NCBI GenBank assembly: GCA_964016885.1
Contig: OZ024742.1
Coordinates: forward strand, 170,748,001 to 170,812,000
Length of the DNA: 64,000 bases
Origin: Eledone cirrhosa
Taxonomy: Eukaryota
Reading direction: 5' to 3'
This document shows positions 42,276 through 54,828 of the stretch, piece by piece; position 1 is the first letter of the stretch, and every line of letters starts with the position of its first letter. The notes under the pieces are model-generated. The model worked only from the letters and a program-made list of their open reading frames with translations, searched no databases and had not been told where the DNA came from. The translations under genes and the position numbers were made by a program.

Positions 42276-42947
42276 TGTGTATAATTAAAACATAGCTTCA
42301 ATATAGCTGTATACATATATGTATGTCAATTTCTTATATCTAGAGATATACGGTACGTTTAATAAATAAACATTTTGAAAGCTAAGCTAAGAATACTGAA
42401 AAGCTGAAGGTCAGCACCGTCTAGTGGATTCCAGCAGAATCGGCGAGGGATAACTGCCTATACGTATTTCGTACTTAATAGTTCTCATCGGAAAAATGCT
42501 TCCCTTCTACCTTCTGTTGGAAAAATAGAGGAGAGTAATATACAAGCGCTTTTACGGAATATATAAAGTTTTTGAGTTCCACATTCAATAGATATAAATA
42601 ATTAGGAGAGGACAAACTATCGCAGTTTGTAGTAGAATAGAGAATATGAGGCAGGCACAAATATGAGCAGCGCTGGTCATAAAAAATGAAAGTTTCTCCT
42701 CTGGCGATTATTTAGCTCTGCTGGAAATGAAACTTCACTTCGCGTTGTATAATCACTAGAAGCATTTGAAATGTTTCAATCTTCTATATGCATTGAATAC
42801 TCTGACTTTGTGACGTTTGAATAACTAAATTCTATGACATATATATATATATATATGTATATTTATCACTTTCTCTGTATATATATATTTATATCTCAAA
42901 CAAATAGAATAGTACTTGCTGGGCAACAGCTAAAACTTCGATTTATG

Positions 42948-42978
<31 letters not shown>

Positions 42979-43251
42979 ACACACACACACACACAGATAT
43001 ACATGCACACATAAGACTGAAATAGATTTTTCCAAGTCGAACAGACATGCAAACACGAGACACACACAAAAACACACTCAAGCACACAAACACACACACA
43101 CTCACATGAACACATACACACACAAACACGCATAAAGACACACATATACATACATACAGCGCTACTAAACCAATAAATACGTCCACACACGACATTTGTT
43201 TTCTCACGAGACATTGCTTTGTCTTCGCTTTCCAACTATGACAGCAGTGTA

Positions 43252-43293
<42 letters not shown>

Positions 43294-43376
43294 GGTGCGT
43301 AGGTGTGTGTGTTTGTAGAAGAGGCTCGTCACAGAATGAAAAAGAATGCCTGTATGACGTGTTGGTTTTTGAGCAT

Positions 43377-43440
<64 letters not shown>

Positions 43441-43564
43441 CTATATATATATATTATATATTATATATATATTATATATTATATATATATATATATATTA
43501 TATATATATATTATATATATATATATATATTATATATTATATATATATATTATATATTATATAT

Positions 43565-43621
<57 letters not shown>

Positions 43622-43727
43622 AAATATGTATAATAAAATTTAATTGCTCACAAGAATATCTATTTTGTTAATATTTGAATTAATAATTCAAATATTAACA
43701 AAATAGATATTCTAGTGAGCAATTACA

Positions 43728-43790
43728 TTTTATTATACATATTTCAGAGGTACTGAATCAAGTTCAACAGTACGTCCTCGTCAGATAAAA
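43728..43790 (-). ncRNA. Minimal type I hammerhead ribozyme
   Basis: TTTTAT-CTGACGA-GGACGTACTG...CAGTACCTCT-GAA-ATATGTAT-A-ATAAAA. Confidence 0.8.
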
Positions 43791-44609
43791 TAAAATGATA
43801 CATGACATACCCTGAGATGTTAGATGGTTAAGATTTAATCAAGGTAGTGATTAACTTATGAGAAAACTCAATATTTATACCCTAATATTGAGAACATGTG
43901 AAAACGTAATAGAATCAATAGAGAGAGTGTGAGTAAGAAAAACATTGCCTTAATGCAACAGTTATAGAGTTTTTAAAATTTGAAATACTACTATAGAACT
44001 ATAGAGGAAGACATATCTGGAGTTATCATTTATTTAGTATTTAGCTTGAGAAGACAACTGACAGATAAGTAAAGAGAGGGAGAGACAAAGGGGAGTAATT
44101 TATGCTCAAAGTTCCTTTAGGCACACATAAACATATATAGCTTTGGCGGTTAAATTTCAAAATATTTAATTTATGTTATTTTCGGGTAAAGAATCAAAAT
44201 TTTAGGTTTTAAAAGTTGATGGTTATTTGTATTAATTTTATAATATAATTGTGTTAAATTTCTAAAATTCAAAGTTTTATGAAAACAAATTTAAAGGATT
44301 TACGAGGCCCGCGAAAGAAAAAATTTAAAGTTCAATAGTCTCACAAAGGTAATCTTTAACAAAATTACTTGTAACACTGACAACATTTTCTATAATATAA
44401 TTTATAAAATATTTACAGTTATAACTATTAAGGAATTTATTGTTAAATAGTTATAGTGCCTAAAGTATTAGCAGTTCTATAATTAAACCTGAAGAGGTCA
44501 GAGTTTTTAGCTATATATATATATATATTATGTGTGTGTATTGATCATAATATCAGGACTATAATTTATTATTTGTTCATATATTATATTAAGTCATTAT
44601 ATTAGTTCT

Positions 44610-44710
44610 ACCGAGGTTGACTTTGCCTTTCATCCTTACGGGGTCGATAAAATAAAGTACCAGTAATGCACTGGGTAATTTCTGGCCTTGTGCCTAAAGT
44701 AGAAACAATT
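44610..44710 (+). mobile_element. Nin-domain-like SINE 3' fragment
   Basis: Homologous to 15875-15978. Confidence 0.8.
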
Positions 44711-45238
44711 ATATTAGTTCTACCTTCTAGGGAAGACCGAACTCCAATTATGATTATGTTATTATACAATATAAATATATTTGTACAAACTATATATAGA
44801 GATATACCGAACTATAATTATGATTTTGTTATACAATATAAACATATTTGCACAAGCTATATATATATACTAAGTATTAATGAGACGGTATACATTTAAA
44901 ATAATAACGATTATAATCTTTGTTAGTAGTTTCATACATGTGTAACTACGATTATGTTATTACACTAGATAAAGATATTTGCACAAACAATACATTGATA
45001 TACTAGATATTAATAAGACGGTATATATCCAATAAAACATAGCGATTACAAACACTGTTATAAACCAATATTTGTCTGCTAATAATGTTTGTTAAAAATA
45101 CATCAAAAGCAAAGCGCAAAGCCAACTTTCTGAGTCTTTAAAAACCATCTCCAAATGAGTAAAATACATATATATATATAAAATACATACATATATATAT
45201 GAAATATAAGAATCAAAGAACTGTTCAAAACATTATTG

Positions 45239-45285
45239 TGCTTACAGCTGTTTCCTCCAAACCGAGGTTTGGATTCTTCGGAGCA
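45239..45285 (-). ncRNA. Minimal hammerhead ribozyme (U4C variant)
   Basis: TGCT-CCGAAGA-ATCCAAACC TC GGTTTGGAG-GAA-ACAGCTGT-A-AGCA. Confidence 0.7.
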
Positions 45286-45845
45286 ATTTATTAATGCATG
45301 GACAGTTATATGACCTCCTTTTCAGCCGAGAGACATACCAATACATATTCAAACATTGATACATATTCAAACATTGTGGGTCAACATTCATTACAGAATT
45401 TAGAGTGGCAGTACACACTTCGAGATTACATTTATATTAATAGGTACAATCAAAAATACTTACAACTGCTTAAGGTTTTGTGTTTACATAACCATAAATA
45501 GTATAACTAATACTACATATATATATATATATATATATAAATGTAAACGCATGAATGATCCACAGTTCAAATTAAAGTCAGTAAAATTTACAGGCTAGAT
45601 ATCTAAACTATATATTTAAAACAGAGATAGAAATATAAAGATCTGAATCAAAGTTAAAAATATCCCAAAAGCCTTAGGTTATGCATATCCAACCTGCAAA
45701 CAAGTTATTAAACAAGTGTCACTCATTCAAACATTATTTCCATTATAAATGATTAGAAGATAAAGCATTATTAAAGTTTTATAAGCCGTTATGATTTATA
45801 TGTTCAACAGTTGATGATGTACGTCTAAAAACCAGGCTTGGTTGC

Positions 45846-47295
<1,450 letters not shown>

Positions 47296-48015
47296 GCTGA
47301 AAACTCTGACCTTTTAGGTTTAATTATAGAACTGCTAATACTTTAGGCACTATAACTATTTAACAATAAATTCCTTAATAGTTATAACTGTAAATATTTT
47401 ATAAATTATATTATAGCAAATGTTGTCAGTGTTACAAGTAATTTTGTTAAAGATTACCTTTGTGAGAATATTGAACTTTAAATTTTTTCTTTCGCGGGCC
47501 TCGTAAATCCTTTAAATTTGTTTTCATAAAACTTTGAATTTTAGAAATTTAACACAATTATATTATAAAATGAATACAAATAACCATCAACTTTTAAAAC
47601 CTAAAATTTTGATTCTTTACCCTAAAATAACATAAATTAAATATTTTGAAATTTAACCGCCAAAGCTATATATGTTTATGCGTGTCTAAAGAAAATTTGA
47701 GCATAAATTACTCCCCTTTGTCTCTCCCTCTCTTTACTTATCTGTCAGTTGTCTTCTCAAGCTAAATACTAAATAAATTATAACTCCAGATACGTCTTCC
47801 TCTATAGTTCTATAGTAGTATTTCAAATTTTAAAAACTCTATAACTGTTGCATTAAGGCAATGTTTTTCTTACTCACACCCTCTCTATTGATTCTATTAC
47901 GTTTTCACATGTTCTCAATATTAGGGTATAAATATTGAGTTTTCTCATAAGTTAATCACTACCTTGATTAAATCTTAACCATCTAACATCTCAGGGTATG
48001 TCATGTATCATTTTA

Positions 48016-48078
48016 TTTTATCTGATGAGGACGTACTGTTGAACTTGATTCAGTACCTCTGAAATTTGTATAATAAAA
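48016..48078 (+). ncRNA. Minimal type I hammerhead ribozyme
   Basis: TTTTAT-CTGATGA-GGACGTACTG...CAGTACCTCT-GAA-ATTTGTAT-A-ATAAAA. Confidence 0.78.
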
Positions 48079-48204
48079 TTTAATTGATCACAAGAATATC
48101 TATTTGAATTAATATTAATAACTCAGGAAAATATTTCTTGTAGAGTGCATCCAATCTACTGTAAAACTCATTCTTTGATGTACTCATTGAATCTTGTTTA
48201 ACTC

Positions 48205-48247
<43 letters not shown>

Positions 48248-48264
48248 ATTCAACCCGGAATAAC

Positions 48265-48351
<87 letters not shown>

Positions 48352-48354
<3 letters not shown>

Positions 48355-49166
48355 ATTTACATATACATAAAGTCATAGATATATATGTGGAAACCGGTCA
48401 CGTTGTGGCTCAATGAAGAATTAATAAATTAAATAATCAGAGCAATATATCATAAATCATGTCCTTAGAATTATTAGATAAAATATATACCATTTCCTCT
48501 CCCAATTAGCATAATTAACCATATAAAAAATCAATTAGACCAGGCTATAAGAATAAAGGCTCCTATGAAGAAATTTTCGACAAATAACCGAAAGCGGCCT
48601 CTTCGCGGTGACCCCAATAGAGTATTTATCCAACATTTCAACAGCATGTAGAAACTGACTAAATATACCGTCAACCATACACAATTAGGTGGAAATTTAA
48701 ACTTAGAAGTAACGTGTACATACCGTAATTATATCTCTACCATGGTTTCGTCCGTATTTTTAGATATCCTATTGTTAGGATGTATCCAGAGTAACAGACT
48801 CATCAGGAGAAAACTCAAGATATATCCTAACAATACATCCTAACAATAGGATATCTAAAAATACGGACGAAACGATGGTAGAGATATAATTACGGTATGT
48901 ACACGTTTCTTCTAAGTTTAAATTTACACCTAATTGTGTATGGTTGACGGTATATTTAGTCAGTTTCTACATGATGTTGAAATGTTGGATAAATACTCTA
49001 TTGGGGTCACCGCGAAGAGGCCGCTTTCGGTTATTTATCGAAAATTTCTTCATAGGAGCCTTTATTCATATAGCCTGGTCTAATTGATTTTTTATATGGT
49101 TAATTATGCTAATTGGGAGAGGAAATGGTATATATTTTATCTAATAATTCTAAGGACATTTATTCA

Positions 49167-49170
<4 letters not shown>
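48352..49170. mobile_element. Fold-back PLE-type module with ~335-bp arms and ~95-nt left tail
   Basis: About 48448-48785 is the reverse complement of about 48834-49170, with (TA)n on both sides. Confidence 0.88.
48734..48810 (-). ncRNA. Type I hammerhead ribozyme with intact core
   Basis: TCTC-CTGATGA-GTCTGT...ACGGAC-GAA-ACCATGGT-A-GAGA. Confidence 0.87.
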
Positions 49171-49221
<51 letters not shown>

Positions 49222-49225
<4 letters not shown>

Positions 49226-49480
49226 GGTTTGTTGGTTCACCACTGGATAGAACTGGTCATTCTGTGTGGTCAGCCACGATGTAATGTTATGGAAAGCACT
49301 CAACGTAATGCAACCACTCGTCTTCGTTTGTGTAGTTGGTGGTGCGAGTACGGAGTTGATTATTACAAAATACCAGGAGGTATGTTCTGGTGTAAATCCT
49401 TGAAAGGTTTATTTTACTATGATCATTTCAATGACCGGGTTCAGTATGAATCCGGTGACATCATCAAGTAATTCAAAATA
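49222..49480 (-). mobile_element. Degenerate PLE-type terminal module
   Basis: Minus strand has TTGATGA...GAACCCGGTC and TTGAGTGC at 49296-49303. Confidence 0.45.
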
Positions 49481-49646
49481 TAACGAAGGAATATACCAGA
49501 TAAAAATCTTTGGTGTTTAAATCAGACACCAGAGAGCGGCTGGTATTTTAGCGACTTGTATCTACGTCGACATAAATATACTTATATATATATATGTACA
49601 CACACACACACACACACCACATATATATGTGTGTGTATGTATATAA

Positions 49647-49680
<34 letters not shown>

Positions 49681-50005
49681 GAATATTATTCGTGTACAAA
49701 TCTATATATTTGGTCAATGGAAGAGACAACAATGTCTGAATTTTCTTTATGTTGTCACGTACATATCAGTGACATATCAATTTCACAGAAACACACATAT
49801 ATGTATAATTTGTATATATATATATACTGTATATATATATATATATTCGATATGTCTCATATGAAATAATACAGCCAATTTTCCACACAATACATTTAGT
49901 TAGCACCCCGAACGCTTAATTAGGAATATACTCACTTATTTCCTAATGTTTGTTGAGTGAGTTGGAATTTGGCCGGAGTATCGCTAAAAGCTTTCTCCGA
50001 TAATG

Positions 50006-50075
<70 letters not shown>

Positions 50076-50084
<9 letters not shown>

Positions 50085-50447
50085 AGATCAAAAGATGGTT
50101 AAATGAGTTCCATGTATTTTATTATGCGCATTTCAAAAACAAATATCATCATACAATAACATTTGTGTTTTCATCAGATAAAGGACATGATATGAAGGTT
50201 AAAAAACACTTATGGATAGTGCAGTTTTAAATCAACATATCATGTCCTCCTATTTTACCTGATGAAAACACAAATGTTATTGCATGATGATATTTGTTTT
50301 TGAAATGCGCATAATAAAATACATGGAACTCATTTAACCATCTTTTGATCTTATATATTATGTATACTCCAGTCCTACAAACTGTAGAGTGCTTCTTATC
50401 CGATATCTGCATTGCTTTATTGTACTACAATAAAACTCACCTCCTAC

Positions 50448-50450
<3 letters not shown>
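50076..50450. mobile_element. Fold-back PLE-type module with ~88-nt right tail
   Basis: Arms at about 50076-50194 and 50236-50360, each with a hammerhead. Confidence 0.87.
50252..50320 (+). ncRNA. Minimal type I hammerhead ribozyme
   Basis: ATTTTAC-CTGATGA-AAACACAAATGTTATT GCAT GATGATATTTGTTTTT-GAA-ATGCGCAT-A-ATAAAAT. Confidence 0.82.
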
Positions 50451-50509
<59 letters not shown>

Positions 50510-50516
<7 letters not shown>

Positions 50517-50613
50517 TGTCCCAAAAGATATATACACACTTCAACAGTATTCTAATAAATATTGCCTGTTAAGGAAATCAAATTCTGTATGCATTTTTAG
50601 GGGACACCCTGTA
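50510..50613. mobile_element. Tiny Tc1/mariner-type MITE remnant
   Basis: Right end GGGGACACCCTG-TA with an imperfect inverted partner GTGTTGTCCCAAAAG. Confidence 0.5.
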
Positions 50614-50627
50614 TATATGCATATATA

Positions 50628-51284
50628 TTGGTGATAGTAGACGATCGACCGCGAGCTCGGCGGTTTCGGCTAGTTATCTCTTCTCGTCTTCGTCAGGAAA
50701 CTGTCTCGAATTTAAGGGAAATCACAGGAGGCAGCGCTCTTCTGCTAGAGAACCGGTCGCAAGTGGCGGATAGGGATACGGCCAACAGATATGATGGCTC
50801 GTTGCGATATAAACGGGCAACTGTTAGTCAAATAAGCGACCCCGGATCAACAACGGGAAACTATTAGGGCAGTTGGAGCAATGGGTGACACCTGTAGCTC
50901 TCAAGAAAACTATCACAACCCAGTGACGTAGCTATGACGAGGTGAGTACACAACACCCCCGCAACTCACACCAACCATCGCTACCCACCACCGCCACCTC
51001 GTCATTATGTTCATCTCCCCACCTTTCACACATGCTAAACCATTGCTCATAGCAAAACCATCAATCAAAACAACAAAAACTGACCACCATGTGACTGCGA
51101 ACCGCTACAGACATCTCTATGTTTTATATGTTAATTCTCTCATAACCATAGCAGAGGTCCGACGAGCTTCTGATTCCAGAGCCGGGTCAGATCGATACAG
51201 ATCGTACCTTGAGCTGATCAATAGCGAAACGCGCGTCGCTACTCAATAAACGCAATGAAGGCATAACACTTCGTCCTTAAACTA
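50628..51284. mobile_element. Segment with two different outward-facing hammerhead-like motifs
   Basis: Minus strand about 50644-50700 reads CTGACGA...GAAACCGC.GAGCTC.GCGGTC. Plus strand about 51155-51250 reads CCGACGA-GCT...AGC-GAA-ACGCGCGT-C then AATAAA. Confidence 0.55.
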
Positions 51285-51447
51285 ATATATATATATATAT
51301 ATATATATATGTATAGTTACATACAATTATATAGACATACATAGGCGTATACAATCAAACATACATATGTACGTAGATACTTATGGACACATAGACACAG
51401 ATATATATATGTGTTCTGGATATTTGTTGGATCCGTTATCCTGTATT

Positions 51448-51545
51448 CCAGTTGATTCGATCAACGAAACAGCTGTTCATATAAATGGTTGAACATTCCA
51501 CAGACGCGTGTACCCTTAAGGAAATATTCAGTGTGATACAACTCA
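51448..51545 (+). mobile_element. SINE body fragment
   Basis: CCAGTTGATTCGATCAACG...CCACAGACGCGTGTACCCTTAA resembles a common cephalopod SINE segment (from recall, not searched). Confidence 0.5.
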
Positions 51546-51598
51546 GCCATGCGACTACACTTTCATATATAATACATACATACATTCATACACGAACG

Positions 51599-51694
<96 letters not shown>

Positions 51695-51789
51695 TATAGA
51701 TATATATATATATGCATACCTACTTACATACATATTTACATAAACATATATATACATAAACTTCGATCACTTCTATCAATCTATCTATC

Positions 51790-54752
51790 CTCAAAAATCT
51801 TATCAACCAATTCCAACTAGCTGATAGATATCGACTAGATTTCCCAAGTGCACCACTGTGGACGTGGAGCAACCGCACTAGATATTCGAACAGGGACCCA
51901 GATACTAGAGGCTAAAGCCTACAGTAAACAGATTAGCACTTTAGTTAAACGCCAGTTGACGGGGCCATCGTCAACAACAGGTAGTGGTGCTCTCTCAAGA
52001 GAGCAATTAAAGTAGAATCAATATCATCTAGCAAGGAATTAGCTTTAGAAAAGAACAAAACTGAAAAGGAACTGGTGGCCAAAGTAGAAGAGGCAGTTAG
52101 GAATGGCAGTACAGCTGACGTGCTAGCGGCGAGAACGGCACTAGACCAGTTCTTCAAAGTGAAACACGAAGGTTATATTGTCAGAAGTAGAACACGTGCT
52201 CTGAGAAACGAAGGAGCGAAAGCTGTTAGCTGGGCCCGAGTGGCAGAGGCGAAAAGTGCCAACAAATCCACAATTCCGTCTTTGGCAGACAAAGACGGAC
52301 GCATGGTACTTGAATTCAAGCAGATGTGCATGGCCTTCCAGCAGCACTTTGCACAACTGTTCGAGCAGAGTGGTGCGTCGAGCGGGGTGATGGACATCAG
52401 TTCCTACTTCGACGGCCTACCGCGACTCTTGAACACAGATGTGAAGAGCTGTAAAAGGCCGATCACAGCGGGCGAAATAGAAGACACCCTAGGCTGCTGC
52501 GGGAAACGTAAATCACCCGGTTTAGAAGGTATGTCCTATGAGTTTTATATAGGCACGCCAGACATGTTCTCTGACGTCCTCGAAGTGGTCCACTGGCAGC
52601 AGAACGGAAGGATTCCCAGTTCTGTAGGCAGAGGCGTAGTAATGCTAATCAGGAAAGATGAGAACAAAGGGGATGACATAAGTAACTTCAGGCCCATAAC
52701 TCTGCTCAACAGAGAGTTGAAGATTTTGGCCAAGGTGTTAGCAACGAGGCTGGTGCTCGTCGTCGAGAACCTGATGGGGGAAGCGCAAACGTGTGCAATC
52801 CCAACCAGATCCATGCACGTCAACTTCCACTTCATGCCATACCTCATAGAGAGGGTTGGTTGTAAACCTGGCTTCGGTGGGGCTTTGATCAATTTAGATC
52901 AATCTAAGGCATTTGAGAGGGTTGACCATCAATACTTGGAAGCGGTTCTCAAGGCGGCGGGTTCGGTCCAGTCTTCAGAGGCTAGATCGCTGCCATGCAC
53001 AGCAATATCTGCTCGGCAGTCAAGGTGAATGGCTACCTATCGGAGCTATTTCAAATCATGTGTTCCATCCGTCAAGGATGTCCTCTCTCCTCCATTCTGT
53101 ATGTTCTGACTCTCGAGACACTACTACGGAAGTTGGAGCTATTGCAGGGCATCCCGATGAAATCAGGACCGCGGAAAGCAGGGGTCGGCCTACGCCGACG
53201 ACATGACCGTAATGGTGTCGAAAATCTTGGAAATCGGGCAACTTATTACAGGAATACGAAACGTTGACAGGAGCAAAACTAAACCCGAACAAGTCTCTCA
53301 GTTTGCAACTCGGTACATGGAGAGGCAAGCACATGCCGCCCGACAGCGTCGTTAGACGCTGGACGGAGGGGGACCGGTGAAATTGCTCGGGGTCTGGTTT
53401 GGTCCAGACATCCAAGTGGGCAAAAACTGGAACGAGGTCACGGCGAAGGTGTGCAAACAATCCTTGTAAGGTCGAGCGTAGGTGGCGAACAATTACATAG
53501 CGTCCGTCATCTACTTCCGCTTGACAGTCGTGCCTTGACCCGCGATCACCTCACCCGGATGCAGCGTCTTCTCTTAAAATTCCTTTGGCAGAAACAGGCT
53601 CCGTTAGTGAGGAGATCAATCTGCTGCCAAAACCCTTCTAGCGGAGGGCTGGGCATGCCGTGGCCGATGATGCGCAAACACGCGCTGAGGCTACGCCATC
53701 TCCAGGTGTTCCTGAACGGTGAACCGGTGTTTTTGTCGTTTATGAGACGAGCTTTTCTACAACTCGTCTCACTAACAGAGCTGCAGTCCTGGGCAAGTGA
53801 AGACCGAAAATGGGCACCTGGCACCTCTAGTGCATTCAGGCGCTCACAGCCCTCTACCAAGCTGAAACGACAATCAGTGGAGACTCCACCTCTACATTCT
53901 GTAGGGGATTACTGGAGGATAAGTGTGACGACGTTCTCGAGGAAACTCTAGGCATCGAGGAGGGCGAACTGTCGAGGGCCTATGGATAACTTCCAGAGGT
54001 CTCTGGCCTGGCAGTGTTACCGAGGAGCTCTACCAGTTCGAGACAAAATCTACAGGCACGGGCGCCCTGGCAGGGATCCTGCCAAAATGACCTGTCCAAG
54101 ACGCGAGGAGGACATTGAAACCGTTCTGCACGCAAATGTTCAGTGCCCAGGGTTGACCGACCTGAGGAATTATGTCGAACAGCTGCTGTCACGTGTGGGA
54201 CACATCCAGTTGTCAGCCGAGTCCATTGTGAGGATCACCCTGCCGCCTTCATTTAAGAATGAAGGAGAGGCGGTTTTACTCTGTCTGGTGGCTATGGTGA
54301 AGGAGGTAATATGGTGGACGAGGTTAAAATGACTGAGGGCAAACAACTTTCTCTCCAGACAACAACTTATCCCCTTCTTTACGTACTACTTCAGAAGGAA
54401 GGTGAGAGTAGAGAGAGAGGTGCTACACCCCAGGAAATTCGCTGAAGAGTGGGTGAATGTGGCGAAAATGGCCAGAGTGAATGGGCCTTCTCAGAATATA
54501 AACCTATAGGTTGAGGAAGATAAACAGAAGGAAGACGGGAACACCTACAAAACGTGCTCCTGGTGTTGAGGGTTGTTCTATCCACGGTGTGTAAAACAAC
54601 CCCGCAGTAACGCCCCTCCCCCATTGGGGATTTCGATTGTTTTATTTCTAGATAGTCTATTGTCATCCATTATTGTTAAACATTTTATGTAAAACCCCGC
54701 CGTCACATCTTTTAATGTCCCATTTTTGTAAGCCCTTGTGGCAAATAAAGAA
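51790..54752 (+). mobile_element. 5'-truncated degenerate Tx1 LINE, copy C
   Basis: ORF2 remnants FRPITLLN, DQSKAFE and RQGCPLS. The 3' UTR resembles copy A, the start follows CTATCTATC and the end runs into (ATCT)n. Confidence 0.9.
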
Positions 54753-54828
<76 letters not shown>

